NCBI GenBank assembly: GCA_973895155.1
Contig: OZ316892.1
Span: 13,818,861 to 13,882,860 of the forward strand
DNA length: 64,000 nt
Direction of reading: 5' to 3'
DNA from: Marsupella aquatica
Taxonomy: Eukaryota; Plantae; Marchantiophyta
Below are positions 38,985-51,104 of the stretch, in pieces. Position 1 is the stretch's first letter. Every line of letters begins with the position of its first letter. A program made the translations under genes and the position numbers. The notes beneath the pieces were generated by a model. That model worked only from the letters and a program-made list of their open reading frames with translations, was not told where the DNA came from and did no database searches.

Positions 38985-40599
38985 TATTTGACATATAATG
39001 TCTGCTTATGACGATGATGTGTTGTAAAAAAATGTCCTTGTTGAAAAATGCACCTCTATTAACGGCTGCTTCAAGCACCACTAAGAACATTTTCACCCTC
39101 AAATCAGTGGTAGCCTTGCAGAACCTCAAAATGGAGGTCCGACCAATATTCAAATCTAGAGTATCAGACCTACTAATTGTAGTCTTAAGACATCTGGAGC
39201 TGTTCAGTGACAGTAATGGACAATTTACACTAGGGCTTGAGGCCAGGCACCCCATCATGACTTCACAGTTAGGCTCCTTTACTAAGGTTACGGCACATTG
39301 GTCCTCCTCTGAAATGCTCTCACTCGGGTATAACTTTTTTAGCAAAGCAACCATTACAAAGATAGTCATTCTGAACTCCCTAAAATACTTGTATCTTGTA
39401 TATTATATATTAGTTTCCTGGTTAAGTGGCGTCTTGGGAGCCAGCCAGTGAGACTATATAAACCAGCACCCGAGTTTCAAAGTATATGTATGGGACATTC
39501 TCTTAGCCCGTGCAAAATATGCAGTCGGCTTAAAGTTATGGATACTTTTGGATGAAGAGCCTCATGCCAAAAAGTCTGATATACCCAAGTCTAACTAGCT
39601 AAATCTAACTTTTTGGTTCAATTTTGTCAAGTGAGTACATAGTCAACTCCTTGATTGGGGCACAGTTTATGTGTATCTCAACAGTTTTGCATCTGATTTT
39701 GTAAGCACCACCAGCCTCCCTTCAAATGTTGGTATTGCCATCACTGGCTTACCCTACTATATAGAACTTACAAAGTTGTAAAATTGAGGGTTTCCCCTGG
39801 CTCAAGGTTTCTTAAAGAAAACAAAAATACTGGTGCATTGGCTTGAGATAGTGGGAGATTTCTGTAGAAAGGTCATAAGCTGTCGGTTCCTACTACCTGA
39901 GGATGTGCTGGGCGTTGGCTGGTATTTTGAGGGGATGGTTGTTGATAGTCTGGATCCTGTTCAGTGAGTGATTTCTAATTGCATGCATTGTTACACCCTT
40001 TCCAGCATACACAATTTGGGTTCATCTTTTATCTTGTTCTGGTGCAGGGTAAGGAGCCTGGCTATTGACAAGTCTGTATTGACTGTCTTGCAAATAAGTT
40101 CTTTCATTTTCATCATCTCGATCATTGCTCCTTAGGCTTGGTTTACCCTACCCGTGCCTCCTATGCTAGAGTATATGCTTTGGTATGGTCATAGGAGTGA
40201 GCGGACATTTGTGATGTGGTGAAAACCATTGCCTAGGACTCCGGACACAATGTTACTATGGAGCGGGTACATGGACTTCCACTCCAAGATGGTATTTATG
40301 ACAGGAGAAAAGTTGGCCTGATTTTTTAGGGGCAGGCGTTCAGGTCCTGGGGGATGTGGTCGTTGTTGATCCTACTAGCAGGAACAATGTTACAATTGTT
40401 GCCCATGTCTTGGGTCACACTGTAGCCAAGGCAGGCCAAGGAGGAGGCATTATTTCTTGTTACCCAAGAATCTATCCTGCCCACTTGCTTTGGAGGTCTT
40501 TGAAGCTCTTCACCCTAACTTTGACCATTTTGTCCGGTCTTGTGCGGTTTCTTGTGTAGAGCGGAGGCAGCCATTTTTTATTTTTTTCTTGTTTTTAAA

Positions 40600-41230
40600 C
40601 ATGCATTAGCCAAGGTGGCTACTGTTTTACCCTACAGACAAGCACAGGTCTGTTTATGGAGTATTTTCTTGCAATTATACACTACTTTCTGACTATTGTA
40701 GATCCTGGCTAACACTCCTCCATAGTGCATTAGGTGGTGGCAAATGAAACAGAATTTGTTAAATTTCAGCCTGAGTATTGCCAGCCTGCCTGTTTCTAAG
40801 GTAAGTGATTGGCTAATTTTTGCCCACCAAAAAATGGCTGAGTGGAGGCCTTATACTCCAATCTTGGTCCTCATTGGCTTCTGTTGGCAGCAAGTGTTAG
40901 TTGCTCTACAAAGGGCTCAGGGTACACAATCATTTGTAGAGCCAAGGTGGTTGGTTTTATGGCTTAGCTTCTAGTCAATTCAACTTCCTCTTTGGAACCC
41001 TCTCATGCGGTTTACTACGGAGATGTACCAAACTTTTTCAGTGTGTTGCTCAATAGGGCTTTAGTCCTTGTCCTTGCACTTAGGCTGCTAGCTAGTTGGG
41101 ACTCTTGGGCTTATTGGATCTTTGGTCTTCCCTGATTTCCCTTTTATTTTCCCCCTTTATTGGGTTTCTTGCCTTTGATACCCTCTCTTGGTATGGGTCC
41201 TTTCCAGTACTTTAGAAAATAAAGGTTACA
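40600..41230 (+). mobile_element. Possible decayed LINE 3' end
   Basis: Trp-rich broken frames end in FVEPRWLVLWLSF*, followed by a pyrimidine-rich tail and AAAATAAA. The resemblance is weak. Confidence 0.25.
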
Positions 41231-42782
41231 AGTCTCAATGAATTAAGTGCAATGAAGGTTGAAAGGGCCACAAGAGGCTCTTGAAAAAATGGCATATACT
41301 GATGGCTCATGTACTTGGTGTTGCAAACCTATTCATGGACCAATTGTGATACCTCCTAAGTCCAACAAAACACCTTAATGAAGGTGATCATGCTGCTAGC
41401 ATCATCATGAGCTCCCGGACAACCTGATTGTGTTGCTATGTGTAGCATCAGCAACAAAGTCACGTGCCAAAAGTTATGTTCTTGACTAGGTACAAGTTGG
41501 CGACCAAAAATAGAGAACCAAAGCTAGTTGGGGGTGACAGGTCCCCATAAGCATATATGAGAGGAGAATATGTTCCAAGAACCCTCACAAATCATCAATT
41601 AGTTGTGATAAGTTGGGATCCATCCCTACTCCCTTTAGGCAAAGGGCTGGAGAGTAGCACAAGAGCATTCATGCATTCAAGCAGAGAATAGGGAAGGTTG
41701 GTTGGGTTTTGTGTGTTAGGTATGTACACTTAGGTCTAGAGTTGCTATGTTCTCATAGTTAGTTTAATCATAGTCAAGTGTCTGGTTACTTAGGTTAGAT
41801 GTGCTACTACCATGTTCACTAGTAGGACTTAGTTAGTGACTGGAACTTATGCTCTTTGTCATGGACCCATTTGAGAGATAGGAAAAGCTTAGTTTGTGAA
41901 AACTTTTGAACTGAAGTGTACTCTAGGCTGCCTTAGGAATACTTTACAAGACATGAACTTTTCCACCAAAACCAACCAGAGATCCCCTTCCTATTCTAAA
42001 TATAGATTCCAAACTAAAAAGCTTTCAAAAAGAAGTTGCTTTTTAGACTCTACAAGACTTGGAGGCAAAAGTTTGAGACCTTTTTCACCCACACAAACTC
42101 GTGGCCACTTCTTGTTCTAGAGATAGACTTAAGACCAAACATCTCTTGAAATGAAGTTGATTCTAGGCTGCCTAAGGGAGTCTCTACAAGACTTGAAGGT
42201 ACTTGTGACTTTTTTCACCACGTTCTAGCAAAATGTTTGGCAAGTGAAATGAGTGGCAGTGTGACTGGATAGCGACAAGGCATGCGCTGATGCGGAATTG
42301 TGGGGCTGGGGGCCAAGGAGGGAAAATAGTTACCAGCATTTGGCTCAATGAAGGAAGGGTGGTGATGAAAAGCTTACTAACATTGTGACATGATAGGACT
42401 TAGTGGCCCGCTTAGTGGTGAATGGGGGTGAGTGTCGGGCCTAACTTTGGAAACTTCAGCATATGTGTTTGTGCAAAGGACTTAATCATGCCCCTCTTGC
42501 ATCACTAGGACATCATGAACATCAAAGATAAATTTAGGACTTGACCAAGCCTTTCCAAAAGTGGGCCATTTTAAATTTACTAGCCAAGGGTGAAATGTAC
42601 ACGGAAATGTACATTCAAAATTCACCATTTTACCTTACCCACCTAACAGTGGTTGAGAACAACTTGTCTGTACTTGGATATATGTTATTATGGTCCATTT
42701 CCAATTGTGGAAAAAATGAACTCAAGGCTAAATCTGGTGGAAATTCTATTAAGTTGACTAGTATACCACGAAGATCAAAAGG

Positions 42783-43380
42783 AGTGCACATTGTCAAGAC
42801 CTGAGTGAAGACTGTAGATAGTCTTAAGTAGTTTGTTGTGAGGACTGGGACTTACTCCATTGTCACTCTTTTTGGGCAAAATACGTACCTGGCCATTGAA
42901 TTTTTTCTAATATTGATGCCACTTTTTTCCTTTGTGGGTTAAGAAAATGTGAGTTAGCTCTCATCACACCCAGATTTGCAATAAAACTTATTTGATCTCC
43001 CTCAAGGTGACTTTGAACACCCTGTGCAAGACCAAGGGAAAGGTTGCGTGCACGGAGGCTGGCCCTGGACAAAGGCTAATCATAGGATGGGAGTACAGGA
43101 CCACCCACCCACCCCTCAATCACCTGACCCAAGGGTGGTCAAAGTCAACCCCAAAAGTCATCTTGAGGGAGACCAGGGCCTTCTGATCACAAAACTGGGT
43201 GCAATTATAGCCATTTGATGTGAAGGAGCTAACCCAGGTTAATTTTCTTAACCCTCACTCAAACCCACAAAGGAAAACAGTGACATTATGATAAACAGAA
43301 AAATTCACTGGCAAGGTACATGTTAATATGCCAAAAAAGAGTGGCAATCTAGTAAATCCAGGTTGTCAATATGCACTGAA
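42783..43380. mobile_element. Foldback/MITE-like element with long imperfect inverted arms
   Basis: The left arm (CACTCTTTTTGGGCA..GTACCTGGCCATTGAATTTTT..TTCCTTTGTGGGTT..GTTAGCTC..CACCCAG..TCTCCCTCAAGGTGACTTT) is the reverse complement of the right arm (AAAGTCATCTTGAGGGAGA..CTGGGTG..GAGCTAAC..AACCCACAAAGGAAAA..AAAAATTCACTGGCAAGGTAC..GCCAAAAAAGAGTG). Confidence 0.8.
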
Positions 43381-43458
43381 GGAGCTACCAAAAGATACTA
43401 CTTTGACACTCTTTTTGTCATAAAGCAGTAGTTGTTACTCTTTCAAGTTTATCAAAAA

Positions 43459-43577
43459 TGTTATACCCTAACTAGACTCCGTGGTTACCTTAACCATAGT
43501 TACCGTATAAGATAACTCAGACAAAGACTATATAAAGAGAGGAATCTCATTATCATTTCCCGCATCATTGCTCAACA
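43459..43577 (+). repeat. 5' LTR
   Basis: TGTTATACCC...GCTCAACA, containing the TATA-like CTATATAAAG. Confidence 0.93.
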
Positions 43578-43609
43578 CGTTATCAGCACGACTCTAGACC
43601 AGCTGAGCT
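43578..43609 (+). promoter_or_regulatory. Primer-binding site complementary to the 5' half of tRNA-Ile
   Basis: The reverse complement AGCTCAGCTGGTCTAGAGTCGTGCTGATAACG resembles the D-arm and anticodon arm of plant tRNA-Ile (AGCTCAG.TGGTTAGAGCGTCGTGCTAATAACG, from recall). Confidence 0.8.
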
Positions 43610-46600
43610 TGATCATGAATTTTTTTTAGGAATTTCCCTATGGCTATGATGAATGAATGTTCTCTTAAGGATTTCCAAGTTATGGAAGAGAATTGAATTG
43701 GGAGTGAGAAGACTAGTAGTTTGAACCACCAAGAGAACATGAGTCACGTTGAAGCAACGACAGGATGTAGCATTGTGGTCGCGCCGAGAGCAAACTTATG
43801 AAGGCTGTGATATGATCAAAAGAAATTTTGTTTTGAAGGGTGATTCTGAAGATCGTGTGGGAAAGCAGTATTCGAGGCAATGATTTGAGTCAAGTGGAAA
43901 GCTATGGCTGAGGCAAGAGAGATCGAGTTCAGCCGCGCTGCTTCCTTCTACCCAACCAGGCCAGATCAACCTAAATCACTCGAGGCGATGAGTTGACAAC
44001 CTTAACAAGAGGCAGAAAGAGAAGAGCAGAGACCGGAAGCCAAACAGAGACAGCCTTGAATGAAGCCGGGTGGATCGAGAGCAAATCAGGACCCGATTGG
44101 GATCATAAGAAAAAATTTCAAAACCCTAACCTCATAAGGGACGAACGCAGGCGCCTTCTCTTTCCCTGAATTTCACAATGTTTCTCAACCGCTGACAGTT
44201 TCTTGTTGGTTGATCTGCGAGCCATAAAGGATGAAAGGAAATACCCATTACACACAATCGAGTGAAGTACAGGCATTACAAGAGGCCAAACATGGATGTT
44301 GAATTGGTCGTTTGCTGATTCAATGAAGATTCCAATAAGAGCCATTTGATACAGTCGTATCAAATTGGAGAAGATAGAAGCAAATGTCGTGGAGGAAGAA
44401 CATCTTGGCTTTGGTTGTGAACGTACGGGAGATGGCATCCAGCGAAAGAAACGAATCATCATTGTGGGGTCTAGATCTGATAGCATTTTCTGAATCCTAA
44501 ATATAGAATGTTGTGCTTGTCCAAGAATGAGCCTGAGAAGCTGATTGCAATCAAAGAATGAGCCAAAGCGACAAGTGAGATTTCAAGAGACACACATGAG
44601 TGACTTAAACATGCAACATTCGATCTCAAAATCCTCGAGAAAAACTCGAACACCAGATAAGTGCAACCCTCATTAAATGCACAGTATAGTAAAGAGTTTC
44701 TGAAATACAAATGCTTGGGTGCACTTATCCAAAGACAAGAGAATCCCATGTGTTTCAGTGCAAAATCTTCATTTTTGAAAAACTATCCATATATGCACAT
44801 ATTAACAAAGAAAATCTTGTTGACAACGGATGTTTGGCACTTATGGATAACAAATGAAATGGAAAATGATAAGTGCACATTGCAAATTTACACAGCAATT
44901 TACAAAGTTTACACATGTAAACACATCAACTGGTTTAGGGAAATTACATGTCACTTGTTGAATTCGCATACATTAACATGCCTTACATGTGCAACACATG
45001 CTTTACATGCATTTGACATATTTACATGTCATACCACCCTTACTTGACTTTGCACATTGGAAATAATGGTTTTATACCAAATACCCCTACTTTCCATTTA
45101 CAAAGTGGTTGTTACACCCATTTCAATCACAAAATGGTTTTTACACCATTTTACACCCCTAGTTTACACCTAATGATACCATTCTAGATTATACCTCATG
45201 ACACCAGTTTACACTGGTGTATGTCTTACCATTGTATAATCCCATGCTTTACATTGGGTTTATACTTGTTTACACTGGTTACACCAGATTACACTTGCTT
45301 ATAGCATTTACACTGGTTTACACCAATTTACACCATCAGGGGGAGTAAACTTTGGTCCATACACTTTTTGTGAGTAAATTGACCATTTATAACTTTTACA
45401 CCAATTGACATGGGTTTACACCCATTTACACCCTTCATTAGGACAATATCTTACTTAAGGGTCTTATCCTCATGGTCTTTACACCATAAACAACCCCAAC
45501 GAGAGCTTTTATAGCCATTGTTCGGTGGGATGATAGTTTTTAAGTATGGAACTAATACCATACCTTTAACCATGCTCTATGACCTAGTTTTTGAAGTATT
45601 TTGATGAGGTATAGATTTTCTAAGATCCAGTGATCGATGGCAGATATGTTTCTCACGAAAGATCCAGAATAATCTAAGGTATAGTACTTCAGGTTAGTTC
45701 CATGACCTTAGTTTCCGGCCATATCCAAAAGCGGATAATCAATAATCCTTTAGGGGTTTAACTGCGAATATTTAGATAGCGAATCATTTGAGCTAGCATT
45801 TTTCTGTGCCATGACACACATGGACGTTCGACTGAATGTTCGGATTCCACAGGGTTATTTGTGAAGTTATATTGACTTGACACTTTTTGTCAAAATATGA
45901 GAACTGCAAACGTGTAGGGCAGACGTGCCATATTATACACACACCCGCTGGTGTTGTGAATGCACACCCTTTGGTGCTGCAGATTATTTTTCACATAAAA
46001 ACTATTTGATACTACATGTTTTTGAAATCTAAGATTGAGAGATTTCTTTGTGTGTCAACTACACACGCTTGCGAATTGTGCATTTTGCACAAGAACCCTC
46101 TATTTAAGAATCTAATTAGAAGTCCTTGAACTCTAAGGGAGAGGTTCGATATTTGAGTTTTACGAGAATAATATATTCCTCGAAACCTTGTTTTGAAGGG
46201 GAGATCATATTTTTCGGACTTTTTACATCCCATACTTTACGCACTTAGTTGCACGAGATGATATTATTTATTATTATACTTTACACTTTGCGCAGCTGAG
46301 CCACGGACAAGTGATTTTATGATAATAACTTAATTACTAATCATTTTTTCATATATGTTTTAATTTGTATTCGATGCGAGGATGTATGTGCGGATGTATG
46401 CACGATGGTGAGCGATTTGGAGACATGTCGCATTGTTGTTGAGTCGTTGAGCATACGACAACTTGTTCATTTTGACGGAGTGGAGTTGTTACGATTAACT
46501 CCACATACCACCGGATTCACTTGAGGACCGACAGGGCTGTACTCTTTTTCCTTTAGAGCCGAGATTTTTTTTTTTCTCTGTTACCCTGATAGAGTTTTTT

Positions 46601-46731
46601 AGAGCTGTTAAAGGTTTTAACGAGGCATTACCTTCCTCATTTGTACTCAAATCATGCCATGTTTATAAGCATGATAATCTAGTTAGAAGACTTTTTGTCT
46701 ACATAGTTATCACTATATAGCCAAGGGGGAG

Positions 46732-46850
46732 TGTTATACCCTAACTAGACTCCATGGTTACCTTAACCATAGTTACCGTATAAGATAACTCAGACAGAGA
46801 CTATATAAAGAGAGGAATCTCATTATCATTTCCCGCATCATTCCTCAACA
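46732..46850 (+). repeat. 3' LTR
   Basis: TGTTATACCC...CCTCAACA, preceded by a polypurine tract. Confidence 0.93.
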
Positions 46851-47619
46851 AAAAACTATAATAAGAGGTTGCGCCAAATATTGTAGTGTTTGTCATTTGA
46901 ATTTACAGACCATTTCCGGTGAAAGAAATCAATAGGGGAAGAAATGGAAGGAATAGCAACCAACCAGGATCAGCCCTGAGATCACCTGTTGGGGAATTCT
47001 GCCGCCTGGACCAAATCTTGACTGCGCCCTGGACCGACTCTCCAGTCTCAACTTGGCACATCCAACTTGCAATGCCTCACAATCGCCATGCCCTTGGCCA
47101 ATTCCCAAAGCATCCAACCCTCCCTTGCTTGCACATCTCCCTCCCTTGTGACATCCTTTTGGAGTGCCCTTGTGACCGGACGGGAGGGACCACTACTGAA
47201 GAAACTTTAAATCAAAAGCTGAAAGTAACCAAAAAATTGGGGTTTCAAGATGCAAGGGTGAGAAAAAGGGTTGTTGAAAAGTGGGCCAGGTCGTGCCATT
47301 GCCCCAAGGGGTTTCAACATTGGGGCGGCCAAAGCCAAGTAAGCGAGCACGGAACTAGGGTTACCAAGTGTACAAATGGCTTTAGGGGCAAGACTCCTGG
47401 AAGCAGGAGGAAAGTCGCCAAGGGTTGGGTTGGTGAGAGGAGGGGACCCCAATAGGATGTATCCTTGGTAGATATTGAGCTCATTCTAATATATATCTCA
47501 TGTGTCTTGTAATGGTGTGGCCCAACCGGCGTTCAACTTACTTACTTAGGGTTTGTCGAGCTTGGAATTGGACATGTAAATTTGAATCACTTACTATATA
47601 TGTGTGTTGGATGCAGACA

Positions 47620-47862
47620 ACAAACATCATCTTTTTACTCGACGACATCTTTGGTGCCATGACATCTTTTTACTTGACGACATCTTTGACATAACAACAT
47701 CTTTGGCTCCACAACATCTTTATACTTGACAACATTTTTGACATAACAACATCATTTACATAATGACATATTTGGCGTCACGACATCTTTGTACTTGATG
47801 ACATCTTTCACATAATAACATCTTTAGCGGCATGACTTCTTTTACTCAACAACGTCTTTTGT
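47620..47862. repeat. Minisatellite with ACATCTTT core and ~17-bp period
   Basis: About 13 degenerate units with short variable linkers. Confidence 0.85.
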
Positions 47863-48329
47863 GCAACACACAGGATTGAGCTACTTTACTATAATGTCAG
47901 GTTACATATGGTCAACTTACACGTGTAGGGTTAACTCAGAACCATTTGATGACCAAAATCCTGTCACATGCCTGCATTGGATGTCCAGGACTTCCCTCTA
48001 AACCAAAATCCAACCCGTCTACACCACTTAGGGGCCGGGTCACCTAGGGTGAGCCTGCCTCTGCCCACCCTCTCCCATACTCCTATCTTTGCTCCCATTT
48101 TTCAATCCTTACCCTCCCATTGCCCCTCCCGATTGTCATTTTTAGGGCAGCACCAAGCACCAAAATGCCTACACTCAAGTCACATTTTCACTGTTGACAT
48201 TGGTCAAGGTGTGGCATGGTTTCAGGTGTTGGATAGTTCTAAGTTAAGTGTACATGGTCAAATTATCTAGTGCAAGAAAAACATTGCATTTTAGTGAATA
48301 AAACAAAAGTGTGGCAAGGTACTAGTTCC

Positions 48330-49900
48330 AACAAAAACTGTGGCAAGGTAGTAAATCTCAGTATTGTCCAATCAGGAAGCCGTCTGTAAGTCTATATTCT
48401 TCTCTTGGTAGGACCACCACAATATATTGTCCATTATCTGACTTTTCCATGGAAAGGTAACTCCTATGGCACCTGGATTGTGGATTTGCATGGTTAACGC
48501 CCTTCTGGCTTTTTCTTTTTGAAATTTCCCAAGGCATTATTTCAGTGGAAAAACATTTATTGTTGGCATTTTCTTCCCTTTGTGTCTGTCTAACTTAACT
48601 TGAGTTAAATTTTTACCCACCATCCCAAATTAATGCAAACCATTGGCCACTCACCCTGGCATTTTTATTTTACGGATATCTTTATTTTTGAGAGATTTTC
48701 CACTTTATCTTTAATTTTTTGGTTTATTACTATATCACACCCAAGTTGCCTATTTTCATTATCAATTGAATCAGATATGGAGAAGCATCGATCATTTCCA
48801 ATTGGAAAAAGAATGAAGGCCTGCCTGTTCCAAAATTTGTTGAAGAGTCTTCTTTTCTCTTGTACACCCGAGAGACAACCACCTACTACATAGCTTGGAC
48901 ACATCCCTATGCATCCGTCCAACATTGGAATGGCGTGAGGTCCAATTGAAAAGTTGGATTGTGTACACTCGTTTACTTACTTTAACTTTGGACTTGGGTT
49001 CCCTCTTGACACTTTCAACTTCAGTCTCCAATAGATTGCAATGTTTGCTTAGATGCTCGGATGGACTACAGAAACGGTTTTTCTTTCTTTTTCTTAATTA
49101 TTATTTTTAAGGCGACAGTGCGCCGCTTTTATTCCAGAGGCCACCACGGCAAAGACCAACGGGACACAGAGAACAAAAACCCCAAGGGGCCAGAGCACAC
49201 TAAAACCAAACACCAAAGAGGCAAAAACCACCCCAAAGAAGCCTAAAATTGCCTTAGCACACCCATGTAACATGCAGGATGGAGGCAGGGTGAGCAATGC
49301 AAAAACAAAACAGCCAAGACAAGAGGCCTGGAGCACTCCCAAAAGAGTATGTGGCAGTCACACTGACAAGAGCAAGCATGGATTACAGAAACCTTGCACA
49401 TATTGCTTTGGAATGCTACATCTTACCAAGATAGCACCTTCCTTTCTATGAATATTCACCTTCTTGAATGGCAAAGTGCTTGGTCCATTCAGATCTTTGG
49501 GTCAAATGTTGTGATCTATCCCAACACTTTCTTATTCAAGTTGGTTTATTTATATTATTTGACTGAACTAATTGATGTTCAGCAGTGGGACCTCAGAATC
49601 TATGATTGCTAGGCAAGGGTAGGGTAGCCCTGGTAGAGGAGGTAAAAAGATATGGATGTGGAGATGATTTGTTCAGTCTAAGGTCAACCAAAGAGCTGAA
49701 AATGATGCTCGGATGGACCGCCCCTTGGATTGCCACAACAACTTTGTAGAGCCAAAAAACGTGACCAATTTTAACAAAGGAAATACACTATTTGAGTCCA
49801 GAGAAACACTTCAAAAAGGTCTATCCTAGTTTTTGGTCAACCATTGTGATCCCATCTAGACATTTCTCTCCCAAACAGTTCATTAATCTCTAACCTACTA
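48330..49900 (-). mobile_element. Probable decayed non-LTR retroelement fragments
   Basis: Minus-strand frames are Trp/Lys-rich and interrupted by many stops (e.g. GQWFALIWDGG*, RRLFNKFWNRQ, KTRIDLFEVFLWTQ), resembling the LINE ORF2 C-terminal region. No catalytic motif was seen. Confidence 0.3.
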
Positions 49901-50202
49901 TTTGAATTTGACAAATAGGGAGTGCATATAAAAGTGCAAAAGAGCAAAAAGTGCCAGTCCAGGAGACAAGATCCAAAGGCCACAGACCCAATAAAGAAGA
50001 GAAAACAAGAGAAAAAGCCCAAAAGAGGAAAGCGCCAAAAAAACCCAAGAGCCAAAAGGCACGAGAGTCCCATGGGCTATAAAGGTACTAAAGCCCCTAC
50101 TGAGCAACACACTGATGGGAGAGTTTGAAGAGGACTACGATTAGAGAGTAGAGACGCTAAAAACAAACGTTTCAACCTCCCATAAGTAGTGTGCCTACTT
50201 AA

Positions 50203-50492
50203 ATAATTGGGAGCGATAGCAGATGAGGGCCGTGTAAAATATAAAATAAAATAAACGGGATTTCTTAGTGCATACGCAGTACGGTACATTCCCTCGTTGC
50301 ACTGTGGGAACTGGTTTTTTAGATTCAGTTCAATAAGAATAGTGAATATCTACATTTATAATTGGGAGTGCGCTACAGTAGATAGCAGACGAGGGCCTTT
50401 GCAAAACATAAAATAAAATTAAAAACCGGATTTCTTAGTGCACAGGCGAGGTTGGGTACATTCCCATATGAGAGCTGGCCTTTTAGATTCAA
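50203..50492. repeat. Imperfect ~155-bp tandem duplication upstream of the CHY-RING gene
   Basis: TAATTGGGAG..GATAGCAGA.GAGGGCC..ATAAAATAAAAT..GGATTTCTTAGTGCA..GGTACATTCCC..TTTTAGATTCA occurs twice. Confidence 0.8.
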
Positions 50493-51104
50493 TGATAATG
50501 ATGATATGATATGATATAATATAATATAGATATATGAATCTAATCTACTGATTGGTGGTCATCATCCTACTCATTCATTCTGTTGTTTGTCAGTTTGGCA
50601 CTGCTACATATATGACATATCTCCTCCTCATCTCGGAATCCGGTTTGTTTGATGCCGTGACGGAAACCACTTGACGCGTCCCGGAATCTGCTCCGATTCT
50701 GGGCTCATGTGTCTCTGTGGGGCCGACGCCAAAACACTCTCGTCTCTCGTCTCTCGGCTCTCGCGCTTTCGATTTTGTGTCCGTCTCCTTCACCATCAAC
50801 AGGATCAACAATCTGCTCCTGCTCCTGCTCCTGTGCCGGCAGTGAAATCGATTGGCAGCCTTGCCTTTCTGTTGCGATTGTGATGCTGAGCAGTGAGCAG
50901 TGAGCACCGTCGTCTGCTGAGGCCGGCGGCTTCTGCACGAGGCAGCGGAATAAGATATGAGATTATGAGCGCTCCGTTTGGTGACGCAAAAGTGCCGCGT
51001 TGGTTTGGGTCTTGGGTCTTGGGGTCTTGATCTTTGATCTTTGATTTTGATTTTGGAAAGAGTAAGTAAAAGAGTGCCTTTGTTTGTTACCGCTCTCATG
51101 ACGC

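Larger units (their letters stand above)
43459..46850 (+). mobile_element. Non-autonomous LTR retrotransposon (Ty1/copia, Bianca/Bryco/Lyco-type half-tRNA primed)
   Basis: 119-bp LTRs with TG..CA ends at 43459-43577 and 46732-46850, differing at 3 positions. There is a 5-bp AAAAA target-site duplication, a PBS CGTTATCAGCACGA directly after the 5' LTR, and a PPT CCAAGGGGGAG directly before the 3' LTR. No intact gag/pol ORF lies inside. Confidence 0.92.

Noticed and set aside
39008-39451. Overlapping 147-aa (+) and 141-aa (-) ORFs after the importin stop
   Set aside because: There are no motifs or splice context; it is likely 3'UTR or decayed repeat.
46919-47455. 178-aa ORF next to the 3' LTR
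   Set aside because: It has a GTG start and no recognisable domain, and lies in degenerate repeat DNA outside the element.
47620-47862. Repeat-spacer-like array resembling CRISPR
   Set aside because: The core is only ~8 nt, the linkers are short and mutually similar, there are no cas genes, and the context is eukaryotic. It is a minisatellite.
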